Both the position numbers and the translations under genes were made by a program. A stretch of 64,000 nt of DNA from an uncultured Clostridia bacterium (GTDB lineage: Bacteria; Bacillota; Clostridia; Christensenellales; UBA1242), in contig CALVTJ010000001.1 in assembly GCA_944362545.1 (NCBI GenBank), positions 128,500 to 192,499 on the forward strand, read 5' to 3'. The notes beneath the pieces are model-generated. The model was not told the DNA's origin. It did no database searches and was given only the letters and a program-made list of their open reading frames with translations. Shown piece by piece: positions 52,624 to 61,176 of this stretch (position 1 is its first letter; every line of letters starts with the position of its first letter).

Positions 52624-53961
52624 ATGGAAAAACCAATTGTTTCAATTTCAACACCATTGGGTAAAGGTGCAATAGCAATTGTGAGAATGAGCGGAAAGGA
52701 AAGTCTACCTGTTGCGTTCAAACTTTTTCATAACAGCAAATTGACATCAGAAAACATCAAGCCACGATATATGTATTTTGGCAATTTCAAGCTTGATGAA
52801 GGGGAATTTGAGCAGTGCTTGATGGTCTATTTCAAAGCCCCATTTTCTTACACCGGAGAAGATATCGTGGAGTTTCAAATTCACGGCGGAGTGTTGATTG
52901 CACAAAAAGTGCTAGAGAGTTGTGTTAAGGCTGGCGCAAAACTTGCTGAGCCGGGAGAATATTCAAAGCGAGCATTTTTGAATGGAAAAATCACTCTTGA
53001 TAAGGCAGAAGCGATTATTGGCGAGATAAACGCCGAAACCGAAGGAGAGCTCAAAAGCAGTTTGCAAGTGACAAATGGTAGACTTGCAGAAAAGATTTCG
53101 ACAGAGCAAGATAAACTCAAAAATATGATTGCTGAAATTGAAGCAGGTCTTGATTATCCGGATGAAATTGATGAACTTGATTTGAAACTCAACATAAAAG
53201 AGAGATTGGAAGGAGTCAGAACAAACATAAAAGACATCTTACAGCAGGCACAAAGCGCAACCTATCTCAAAAATGGTATAAATGTCGCCCTTGTCGGAAA
53301 GACCAATGTTGGAAAGAGCAGTGTCATGAATGCCATGCTTGGCGAAAACAGAGCAATTGTGACAGATATTAAAGGCACAACAAGAGATGCAATAAGCGAG
53401 AGTTTTGTGTTTGAAGGCATCAAAATCAATTTGATTGACACGGCTGGCATAAGAGAAACGAAAGATGTTGTGGAAAACATTGGTATCGAAAAAAGTAAAC
53501 AAAATCTTATGCAGGCTGACTTGGTGCTTTTTGTGCTTGATGGAAGCGAAAGAGAGTCGGCGGAAGATAGACAAATTGAAAATCTTTTGAAAGGGAAAAA
53601 GTTTATCACTGTCATCAACAAAACGGACAAAAAAAGAGTGGTTCCAAAACAGGAAAATGAGATTGAAATATCCGCACTTACAAACAAGAATATTCAAAAA
53701 TTGAAACAAAAAATTTTGGACATGGTTTTGGAAGAAAAGATTGATTTCAACAGTTTGGTTTTGACCAATGAACGACAGATAGCCATTTTGCAGGAAGCAA
53801 AAGATATTCTTGATGAGATTTTAAATGCCAAAGAAAACACGCTTGATGTGTTTGCCATGTTAATTAAAAAACTGTGGCAAACTCTTGGAAAAATTACTGG
53901 AAACACCGAAAATGAAGATATCATTGATTTGATATTTTCAAAGTTTTGCTTAGGAAAATGA
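52624..53961 (+). CDS. mnmE: tRNA modification GTPase MnmE/TrmE
   Basis: MEKPIVSISTPLGKGAIAIVRMSG, the G1 motif GKTNVGKSSVMNAMLG, DTAGIRET and a C-terminal FCLGK motif. Confidence 0.92.
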   Translation: MEKPIVSISTPLGKGAIAIVRMSGKESLPVAFKLFHNSKLTSENIKPRYMYFGNFKLDEGEFEQCLMVYFKAPFSYTGEDIVEFQIHGGVLIAQKVLESCVKAGAKLAEPGEYSKRAFLNGKITLDKAEAIIGEINAETEGELKSSLQVTNGRLAEKISTEQDKLKNMIAEIEAGLDYPDEIDELDLKLNIKERLEGVRTNIKDILQQAQSATYLKNGINVALVGKTNVGKSSVMNAMLGENRAIVTDIKGTTRDAISESFVFEGIKINLIDTAGIRETKDVVENIGIEKSKQNLMQADLVLFVLDGSERESAEDRQIENLLKGKKFITVINKTDKKRVVPKQENEIEISALTNKNIQKLKQKILDMVLEEKIDFNSLVLTNERQIAILQEAKDILDEILNAKENTLDVFAMLIKKLWQTLGKITGNTENEDIIDLIFSKFCLGK

Positions 53962-55844
53962 TGAGAAAGAAAATGGAAGAGAGAAAAATTGATGAGATAT
54001 TTGATTCAATAGTGATTGGTGCAGGACATGCAGGCTGTGAGGCTGCATTGGCTTTGGCACGCACAGGAAACAAAACTTTGCTTTTGACAATCAGTCTTGA
54101 TGCCATCGCCTTTCTTGCTTGCAATCCTTCCATTGGTGGAACGGCAAAAGGACAACTTGTCTCCGAAGTTGATGCGCTTGGTGGAGAGATGGGTATTATT
54201 GCCGACAAAACTGCCATTCAAATAAGAATGTTAAACAGTGGCAAAGGTCCGGCGGTTCAGAGTTTGCGTGCGCAGGCGGACAAAAATGCCTATCACACAG
54301 AGATGAAAAAAGCACTTGAAAATGAAAAAAACTTGTATGTTCGCCAAGGTGAAGCGGTGGATATCTTTGTGGAAAGTGGCAACAAATTTGTCAAAACAAG
54401 TGTCGGACTTATCTATCAGGCAAACAGCATTGTGTTTGCGACAGGTGTATATTTGAAGAGCGAAATCATAATTGGAAAAACACGAGAATATGTCGGGCCA
54501 AATGGTTTTAAAAACAGTTCTCATCTTTCGGATAGTTTGAAAAATTTGGGAATAAAACTCTTGCGCTTTAAAACTGGAACCCCTGTTCGCTTGCATGCAA
54601 GAAGTATAAATTATCAAGAAATGGAAGTCCAAAAGGGAGATGATGATATTTTTTCATTTTCTTATATGACTGACAAACCGATTGAAAACAAAACTGTTTG
54701 TTATTTGACTTACACTACCCCTACGACACACGAGATTATAAAAAGCAATCTCGACAAGGCTCCAGCAATTTCTGGAGAAATTAAGGGAATTGGACCAAGA
54801 TATTGTCCATCAATTGAAACAAAAGTAGTCAGATTTGCGGACAAACAACGGCACCAACTTTTTTTGGAACCTGAAGCGCTTGACACACAAGAGATGTATT
54901 TGCAAGGTTTTAGCACATCCATGCCGGCAGAAATTCAAAAAGAGATGGTTCACTCAGTTGCTGGACTTGAGAGTGCCGAAATTATGCGTGATGCTTATGC
55001 AATTGAATATGATTGCATTGAACCAACTCAACTTAAGCCAACGCTGGAACTTAAAAGCATTGAAGGATTGTTTTTCGCTGGACAGATAAATGGCACAAGC
55101 GGTTATGAAGAAGCGGCTGCCCAAGGTATTATTGCAGGTATAAACGCAAGTTTATACAACCAAAACAAAGAACAACTTGTTCTAAAACGCAGTGATGGCT
55201 ATATTGGTGTGCTTATTGATGACATTGTCACAAAAGGCACAAATGAACCATATCGCATGATGACCAGCAGGGCGGAATACAGATTGCTCTTAAGACAGGA
55301 TAATGCTGATATGCGATTGACTGAAATAGGCAGAAAAGTTGGGCTTGTCAGCGATGAAAGATATGCAAGATTTTTAAATAAAAAAGAAAAATTGGCAAAA
55401 ATTGAAGAAAAATTGCAGGGAAAAGTGAAAATAGATGAAAAAATGAAAAAACTTTTTTCTGAAAATGATGAAAATTTGCCAAAGGAGAGCATGAAACTTC
55501 GCGATATTCTCAAGCGCAACAACATTGATATCTTCAAACTTAACGATGCATATCATATTTATGGAAATGAAGATAGACATTTACTTGAACTTATCAATAT
55601 CAAAATCAAATATGAGGGATATCTCAAACAACAACAAGAAGACATAGACAAAATGTTGAAAAATGAAAACGCCATCATTCCAAACGATTTTGACTACTCA
55701 CAGGCGAAAGGCATAAGAGAAGAAGCGAAAGAAAAATTGGCAAAGATAAGACCTTTGAATTTGGGGCAAGCCTCTCGCATCTCTGGAGTATCGCCGGCAG
55801 ATATTTCAGTTCTGTCAATTTTGATTAAAAGAAAGGAAAAATGA
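53958..55844 (+). CDS. mnmG: tRNA uridine 5-carboxymethylaminomethyl modification enzyme MnmG/GidA
   Basis: FDSIVIGAGHAGCEAALALAR, GPRYCPSIE and FFAGQINGTSGYEEAAAQG. The start overlaps the mnmE stop (ATGA). Confidence 0.93.
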   Translation: MMRKKMEERKIDEIFDSIVIGAGHAGCEAALALARTGNKTLLLTISLDAIAFLACNPSIGGTAKGQLVSEVDALGGEMGIIADKTAIQIRMLNSGKGPAVQSLRAQADKNAYHTEMKKALENEKNLYVRQGEAVDIFVESGNKFVKTSVGLIYQANSIVFATGVYLKSEIIIGKTREYVGPNGFKNSSHLSDSLKNLGIKLLRFKTGTPVRLHARSINYQEMEVQKGDDDIFSFSYMTDKPIENKTVCYLTYTTPTTHEIIKSNLDKAPAISGEIKGIGPRYCPSIETKVVRFADKQRHQLFLEPEALDTQEMYLQGFSTSMPAEIQKEMVHSVAGLESAEIMRDAYAIEYDCIEPTQLKPTLELKSIEGLFFAGQINGTSGYEEAAAQGIIAGINASLYNQNKEQLVLKRSDGYIGVLIDDIVTKGTNEPYRMMTSRAEYRLLLRQDNADMRLTEIGRKVGLVSDERYARFLNKKEKLAKIEEKLQGKVKIDEKMKKLFSENDENLPKESMKLRDILKRNNIDIFKLNDAYHIYGNEDRHLLELINIKIKYEGYLKQQQEDIDKMLKNENAIIPNDFDYSQAKGIREEAKEKLAKIRPLNLGQASRISGVSPADISVLSILIKRKEK

Positions 55845-56539
55845 AAGAAATTAGAAAAATTTTTGAAAAATATGGCATAATTTTGAGTGATTTTCAAATA
55901 AAACAATTTGAAGATTTTTTCGCCGTTTTAATTGAGACAAATAAATATATGAATCTGACAGCAATAACTGATGAAAGAGAAGTGATCTTAAAACATTTTT
56001 TAGACAGTTGTCTAGCGGAGAAAAATTTTCCAAAAAATTCAACAGTGATTGATGTTGGCAGTGGAGCAGGATTTCCAGCAATACCGCTCAAGGTAATTCG
56101 CCCTGATTTGCGGATTTGTATGCTTGACAGCTTAAACAAAAGAATAAATTTTTTAAATGCCGTGATTGAAAAATTGCACATGGAAGGTATATATGCTGTT
56201 CATGCAAGGGCGGAAGATTACGCAAAACAAAACCGCGAAAAATTTGATGTTGCCACCGCCCGTGCAGTTGCACAACTAAATACATTGTCTGAATATCTTT
56301 TGCCATTTGTCAAAGTTGGCGGATATGCCGTGATTTATAAATCTGCAAAATTGCAAGAAGAATTACAAAATGCTGAAAATGCAATTAAGATTTTGGGTGG
56401 GAAAGTGAAAAAGGTAGAAAATTTTGTGGTTGAAGAAGAAAATTTGGATAGAAACATTCTTGTTCTTGAAAAAATTGCCAAAACACCGCCGAAATATCCT
56501 CGTGATAAAAATAAACCAAAAACAAATCCAATTGTTTAA
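55841..56539 (+). CDS. rsmG: 16S rRNA (guanine527-N7)-methyltransferase RsmG/GidB
   Basis: NKYMNLTAITDEREVILKHFLDS, VIDVGSGAGFPAIPLKV and ATARAVA. The start overlaps the mnmG stop (ATGA). Confidence 0.9.
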   Translation: MKEIRKIFEKYGIILSDFQIKQFEDFFAVLIETNKYMNLTAITDEREVILKHFLDSCLAEKNFPKNSTVIDVGSGAGFPAIPLKVIRPDLRICMLDSLNKRINFLNAVIEKLHMEGIYAVHARAEDYAKQNREKFDVATARAVAQLNTLSEYLLPFVKVGGYAVIYKSAKLQEELQNAENAIKILGGKVKKVENFVVEEENLDRNILVLEKIAKTPPKYPRDKNKPKTNPIV

Positions 56540-56671
56540 AATCTATTTTTTCTTAAAAAACATTTTCAATTTAAGAAAAATTGGCAAAAAAGTGTAAAAA
56601 TTTATGTTTTTTGCACTTTTTTCTTTATTTTTTTGATAAATTTATGTATAATTTTACTGAAAGGAAATATT

Positions 56672-57499
56672 ATGGGAAAAATTATAGCTTTTGCAAATCA
56701 AAAAGGTGGAGTTGGAAAGACCACAACATGTGTAAATGTTGCGACTTATATGGCGCTTATGGGCAAAAAGATTCTTATTTTGGATATTGACCCGCAAGGG
56801 AACGCCACAAGTTCTGTCGGCATCAACAAATCAAAAGATTTAAAAACAATTTATGATTTGATTGATGGTGCTTGTTCTTATGAAGAAGTAATTCAACCAA
56901 CTATCATTGACAATTTGTATATTATTCCATCAACAGTAGATTTGGCAGGCGCAGAAGTTGAACTTATACAACTCCCCCAGAGAGAAAAGATTGTAAAAAG
57001 AATTCTGGACGAAATAAAAGGAAGTTATGACTTTATTTTGATTGATTGTCCGCCATCTTTAGGATTGATTACCGTGAATGCACTTACGGCGGCTGACAGC
57101 GTTTTGATTCCTATTCAATGCGAATTTTTTGCATTGGAAGGTTTGACACAACTCATGAATACAATTAGGCTGATAAAATATCGCAATCTCAATCCAAATC
57201 TTGATATAGAAGGTGTCGTAATGACAATGAAAGATAAAAGATACAATTTGACAACTCAGGTAAGTAATGAGATTGTAAAGTTCTTTAAACAAAAGGTATA
57301 TTTGACAACAATTCCGAGAAATGTCCGCCTTGCTGAAGCCCCAAGTCATGGATTGCCGGTAGCACTTTATGATGCTACATCCAAAGGGGCAGAGGCATAT
57401 TTGAGTTTAGCGGAAGAGATTTTGAAACGGAATAAAGTTCCATTTACGAAGATTAGTAAACTGAGAAAAATAAAATTTAAAGGAGAGCAAAATGATTAA
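56672..57499 (+). CDS. parA: chromosome partitioning ATPase ParA/Soj
   Basis: MGKIIAFANQKGGVGKTTT is the deviant Walker A motif. LILDIDPQGNAT and ILIDCPPSLG are also present. The start is trimmed to ATG 56672. Confidence 0.92.
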   Translation: MGKIIAFANQKGGVGKTTTCVNVATYMALMGKKILILDIDPQGNATSSVGINKSKDLKTIYDLIDGACSYEEVIQPTIIDNLYIIPSTVDLAGAEVELIQLPQREKIVKRILDEIKGSYDFILIDCPPSLGLITVNALTAADSVLIPIQCEFFALEGLTQLMNTIRLIKYRNLNPNLDIEGVVMTMKDKRYNLTTQVSNEIVKFFKQKVYLTTIPRNVRLAEAPSHGLPVALYDATSKGAEAYLSLAEEILKRNKVPFTKISKLRKIKFKGEQND

Positions 57500-58436
57500 C
57501 AATAAAGGGCTTGGTCGTGGACTCGATGCGCTTTTCGGCGATTATAGAGCAGATGATAGTTATAAAAACATAACCACACAAAAAAATAACACAAATACAG
57601 GAGTTTTGGAAATTGATATTGATAAGATAAAGCCAAATCCAAATCAACCTAGAAAAAACTTTGATGAAGATGCTTTGAAAGAATTAGCAGCCTCGATTAA
57701 GGTCCATGGCATAGTTCAGCCAATTGTTTTAAACAAACAGACTGATGGCACATATCTTATCATTGCCGGTGAACGAAGATGGAGAGCGGCAAAACTTTGC
57801 GGTCTTAAGACTGTTCCTGCCATTATAAAAAATTATACAGATAAACAAATCAAAGAAATTAGTATAATTGAAAACCTGCAAAGAGAAGATTTAAATCCGA
57901 TTGAAGCGGCAAGAGCGATCAAAGAGTTGATGGATGAATATGGACTTACGCAGGAAACTGTTTCTGAACGAATTGGTAAGAGTCGTTCCAATGTGGCCAA
58001 TACATTGCGTTTGTTATCTCTTTATCCTGATGTGATTAAACTTGTGGAAAATGGGAAAATTTCTTCCGGTCACGCAAGGGCGCTTGTTGTGGTTGAGGAT
58101 CCAAGAGAACAAACAAGGCTGGCGCAGCTTGTTGTATCAAAAAATTTGAGTGTAAGAGAACTAGAAAAAGCCGTGAAATCATATCTTAATCCTACGCACA
58201 AGGTTGTCGTAAAGGAAGAACAATCTTTAGAGCTTAAGGAACTTATAAATCAAATGCAAAAAACTTTTGCTACAAAGGTATCAGCAATAGGAAACGATAA
58301 TAAGGGTAGAATATATATTGATTATTACACAAGGGATGATTTGGATAGAATTGCAGAATTGCTTGACCTTCTCAATAAAAAGGAAATGACTCTGCAGGAC
58401 CTACAAAACTATAATAGAAGAAAGTCTAACAAATAG
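57492..58436 (+). CDS. parB: chromosome partitioning protein ParB/Spo0J
   Basis: GLGRGLDALF, IKPNPNQPRKNFDEDAL, IIAGERRWRAAK and an HTH segment LTQETVSERIGKSRSNVANTLRLL. The gene overlaps the parA 3' end by 8 nt. Confidence 0.93.
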   Translation: MINNKGLGRGLDALFGDYRADDSYKNITTQKNNTNTGVLEIDIDKIKPNPNQPRKNFDEDALKELAASIKVHGIVQPIVLNKQTDGTYLIIAGERRWRAAKLCGLKTVPAIIKNYTDKQIKEISIIENLQREDLNPIEAARAIKELMDEYGLTQETVSERIGKSRSNVANTLRLLSLYPDVIKLVENGKISSGHARALVVVEDPREQTRLAQLVVSKNLSVRELEKAVKSYLNPTHKVVVKEEQSLELKELINQMQKTFATKVSAIGNDNKGRIYIDYYTRDDLDRIAELLDLLNKKEMTLQDLQNYNRRKSNK

Positions 58437-58463
58437 ATATTAAACATGAAATTAAAAAGAGAT

Positions 58464-58479
58464 TGTTTCACGTGAAACA
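58464..58479. repeat. parS site 1 (perfect TGTTTCACGTGAAACA)
   Basis: An exact 16-bp consensus parS, embedded in a 34-bp perfect palindrome (58455-58488) that also has the form of a parB terminator. Confidence 0.9.
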
Positions 58480-58557
58480 ATCTCTTTTATTTATTTTAAA
58501 CATTTTTAATAAAACTCTTAATTTTTGGAAAGGCGCATACATATTTTTAGTTAAAAT

Positions 58558-58573
58558 TGTTTCACGTGAAACA
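58558..58573. repeat. parS site 2 (perfect TGTTTCACGTGAAACA)
   Basis: An exact 16-bp consensus parS within a 36-bp perfect palindrome (58548-58583). Confidence 0.9.
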
Positions 58574-58706
58574 ATTTTAACTATATTATGCGACAAAATT
58601 TTTGTCTTAAAAACCACTTTCGGATTTTTATATAAAAGTGTATTTCTCATTATTTAATTTTAATGATTTTATTTAAGTCCAAATTACTGATGATGGAGAA
58701 TAAAAA

Positions 58707-58722
58707 TGTTTCACGTGAAACA
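58707..58722. repeat. parS site 3 (perfect TGTTTCACGTGAAACA)
   Basis: An exact 16-bp consensus parS within a 30-bp perfect palindrome (58700-58729). Confidence 0.9.
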
Positions 58723-58870
58723 TTTTTATAAAAAGTTATTCATAATAAGAATAAAAGATTAAAAGTTGGATAAACCGGATATTATTTTTAAATTTTCGGA
58801 GTGTCTAAAAATTTGACAAGAAAACGCTAAATAAATATAATAATATTGAAACTTTTAATGGAGGTTTAAT

Positions 58871-59416
58871 ATGAAAAAAAGTTTAAAAGGAACAAAAACT
58901 GAGAAAAATCTCATGGAGGCTTTTGCAGGAGAAAGTCAGGCAAGGAATAAATACACTTTCTATGCATCACAGGCAAAAAAAGATGGTTATGAACAAATTG
59001 CTGAAATCTTCACACAGACCGCTGACAATGAAAAAGAGCATGCAAAACTTTGGTTTAAAGAATTACACGGCGGGGCTATTCCAAAAACTTATGAAAATCT
59101 TCTTGATGCTGCAGCAGGAGAAAGAGGTGAATGGACAGAGATGTATAAGAGAATGGCAAAAGAAGCGAGAGAAGAGGGATTTGAAGAAATTGCCAAGAAA
59201 TTTGATGGAGTTGCCGCTATTGAAAAACATCACGAAGAAAGATATAACAAAATTGCAGATTTGTTAAAAAATAAGAGAGTGTTCCAGAAATCAGAAAAGA
59301 AGGCTTGGATTTGCAGAAACTGCGGACACATTCATGTAGGTAAAACAGCACCAGAGGTTTGCCCTGTATGCAATCACCCACAATCATACTTTGAACTTTT
59401 GAGTGAAGAATTCTAA
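58871..59416 (+). CDS. rbr: rubrerythrin
   Basis: The di-iron ferritin-like domain has the motifs TEKNLMEAFAGESQARNKYTFYA, EKEHAKLW and EKHHEERY. The C-terminal rubredoxin motif is CRNCGHIH...CPVCNHP. Confidence 0.9.
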   Translation: MKKSLKGTKTEKNLMEAFAGESQARNKYTFYASQAKKDGYEQIAEIFTQTADNEKEHAKLWFKELHGGAIPKTYENLLDAAAGERGEWTEMYKRMAKEAREEGFEEIAKKFDGVAAIEKHHEERYNKIADLLKNKRVFQKSEKKAWICRNCGHIHVGKTAPEVCPVCNHPQSYFELLSEEF

Positions 59417-59568
59417 AATAATGTAGTTATGTTATAATAACTATATATTGATTTTAAGATAGAAGTCTCTATATTTGAGGAAATAGGAAATAAAAAGTCA
59501 ATAAAACATTGACAAGGCGAAAGAAAATGTGTTAAGATGTTAGCACAAGGTTTACTTTTGCCTTGAAT

Positions 59569-59659
59569 GGAGAGTTACTCAAGAGGTCGAAGAGGCTCCC
59601 CTGCTAAGGGAGTAGGGTTGTAAAAGGCCGCGAGAGTTCGAATCTCTCACTCTCCGCCA
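59569..59659 (+). tRNA. tRNA-Ser (anticodon GCU), CCA encoded
   Basis: GGAGAGTTACTCAAGAGGTCGAAGAGGCTCCCCTGCTAAGGGAGTAGGGTTGTAAAAGGCCGCGAGAGTTCGAATCTCTCACTCTCCGCCA. The acceptor stem is GGAGAGT/ACTCTCC and the anticodon stem-loop is CTCCC-CT-GCT-AA-GGGAG. It has a long variable arm. An upstream TTGACA-N17-TGtTAAGAT-type promoter lies near 59511-59540. Confidence 0.9.
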
Positions 59660-61175
59660 ATTGTGAGCAATCCGAACCCTTTGGGTTTGATTGCTCCTTT
59701 TTATTTTCTATATATTTAATTTCTTGTGATATATCTGGCTTTTCACTTAACTTTAATTGCTTGCTTTTATCACTAGTTATATTAAAGTAAATTTCACAAT
59801 GATCATCATATAAAACAACTCTATTTACAAACATGTCAATAAGTCTTTGTTTTGCATTTTCAAGAGAATAATCCAAATCTTTAAAAGATTTCAAATATTC
59901 ATACACAAGTTCTTCACTTAATGGTTTAATTGTTAGCATTTGTCTGCTAGCAATTTTTTCTTTTATTTCTCGTATTCTAACTTCAAGTTCTTTCATTCTA
60001 TCGTTTGTTGTGTCGTTAAATATTCCATTTTCAAGAGCAGTTAATATGTTCTTTAACTTTTTGTTATTGTCTTGAAGTTCTTTATTTAGACTTTCTAAAA
60101 TTGTATCTTTTTCAATGCTTTTGTTATATGTATCAGCCAATACTTTGCTTATACTTTTTAAGTTTGTATGTTGCATAAATTCCTGTGTTGCAGACAAAAC
60201 TATTTCTTCTATATAATTTTTAGAAACAGATTTCTTGTCACATTTAGATTTATTCTTCTTTTTTGTAAAGCATTTGTAATAATTGTAAATTGTGCCAAGT
60301 TTACCTTTACCACTATCTCCGGTCATTAAACTACCACATTTGCCACAAATTAACTTGCCACTTAAAAGATAATTAACTTCTGTTTTATGGTGAGCAGAAG
60401 TCCTTTTTGAAATCTTCAATTTTTCATTTACTTCATCAAAAAGTTGTTCACTTATTATTGCAGGGAAAATATTTGTATAAACAGTATTGTCTGCATATAC
60501 ACAACCTTTGTAGTTTTCATTCCTTAATATTCTTGAAACAGAGTTTATTGTCCACTCTTTTCCGTATGCATTCTTTATTCCTTTGTTTTGTAATATCTTT
60601 ACAATGTCTTTAATACATTTACCACTTATGTATTCATCAAACATTAACTTAATAATGTTTGCTTGCTCTTCGTTAACACTTACTTTTTTATCAACAACAT
60701 TATATCCATAAGGAGTTCTGCCACCTGTAAAGAGTCCTTTTATTCTGCTTTCTTTAAGTCCACGCTTAACTTTTTGAGATAGTTCAACAGAATAATACTC
60801 TGCAAGTCCAACAAGCACACTATCGAGCAAAATGCCTTCTGGTGCGTCCGAAATGTTTTCTGTTGCTGAAATCAACTTAACACCATTTTTAAGTAGTATT
60901 GCACGATTGACAGAGCTGTCATATCTTGATCTTGAAAATCTGTCTAACTTATACACCAAAACAAAATCAAAACCCTTATTCTTGCTATCATAAAGCATTT
61001 GTTGAAGTGCTGGTCTTTTATCATTTGTTCCTGTCATAGCCCTGTCAATATATTCATTAACAACAATCAAACCATTTCTTTCAGCATATTCCTTGCACAC
61101 TCTAAGTTGTCCATCAATACTTTGTTCTGTTTGGCTATCACTAGAATATCTTGCATATATAACAGCTTTGTTCAT
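59604..61175 (-). CDS. large serine recombinase (resolvase/invertase N-domain, recombinase domain, zinc ribbon and coiled coil)
   Basis: The catalytic-Ser region is MNKAVIYARYSSDSQTEQSIDGQ. VLVYKLDRFSRS and the zinc ribbon CGKCGSLMTG...YYKC are also present. The last ~34 codons (59604-59707) run antisense through the tRNA terminator and the tRNA 3' half. Confidence 0.85.
   Translation of the reverse strand: MNKAVIYARYSSDSQTEQSIDGQLRVCKEYAERNGLIVVNEYIDRAMTGTNDKRPALQQMLYDSKNKGFDFVLVYKLDRFSRSRYDSSVNRAILLKNGVKLISATENISDAPEGILLDSVLVGLAEYYSVELSQKVKRGLKESRIKGLFTGGRTPYGYNVVDKKVSVNEEQANIIKLMFDEYISGKCIKDIVKILQNKGIKNAYGKEWTINSVSRILRNENYKGCVYADNTVYTNIFPAIISEQLFDEVNEKLKISKRTSAHHKTEVNYLLSGKLICGKCGSLMTGDSGKGKLGTIYNYYKCFTKKKNKSKCDKKSVSKNYIEEIVLSATQEFMQHTNLKSISKVLADTYNKSIEKDTILESLNKELQDNNKKLKNILTALENGIFNDTTNDRMKELEVRIREIKEKIASRQMLTIKPLSEELVYEYLKSFKDLDYSLENAKQRLIDMFVNRVVLYDDHCEIYFNITSDKSKQLKLSEKPDISQEIKYIENKKEQSNPKGSDCSQLAESERFELSRPFTTLLP
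59665..59707 (+). terminator. intrinsic terminator of tRNA-Ser(GCU)
   Basis: GAGCAATC cg AACCC ttt GGGTT t GATTGCTC, followed by cTTTTTaTTTT. Confidence 0.65.
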
Positions 61176-61176
61176 A

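Noticed and set aside
58463-58657. Overlapping 64-aa (+) and 60-aa (-) ORFs downstream of parB.
   Set aside because: They are created by the palindromic parS sites, giving mirror-image reading frames (both contain the peptide IVSRETIL). They lie in an AT-rich non-coding spacer with no SD sequence.
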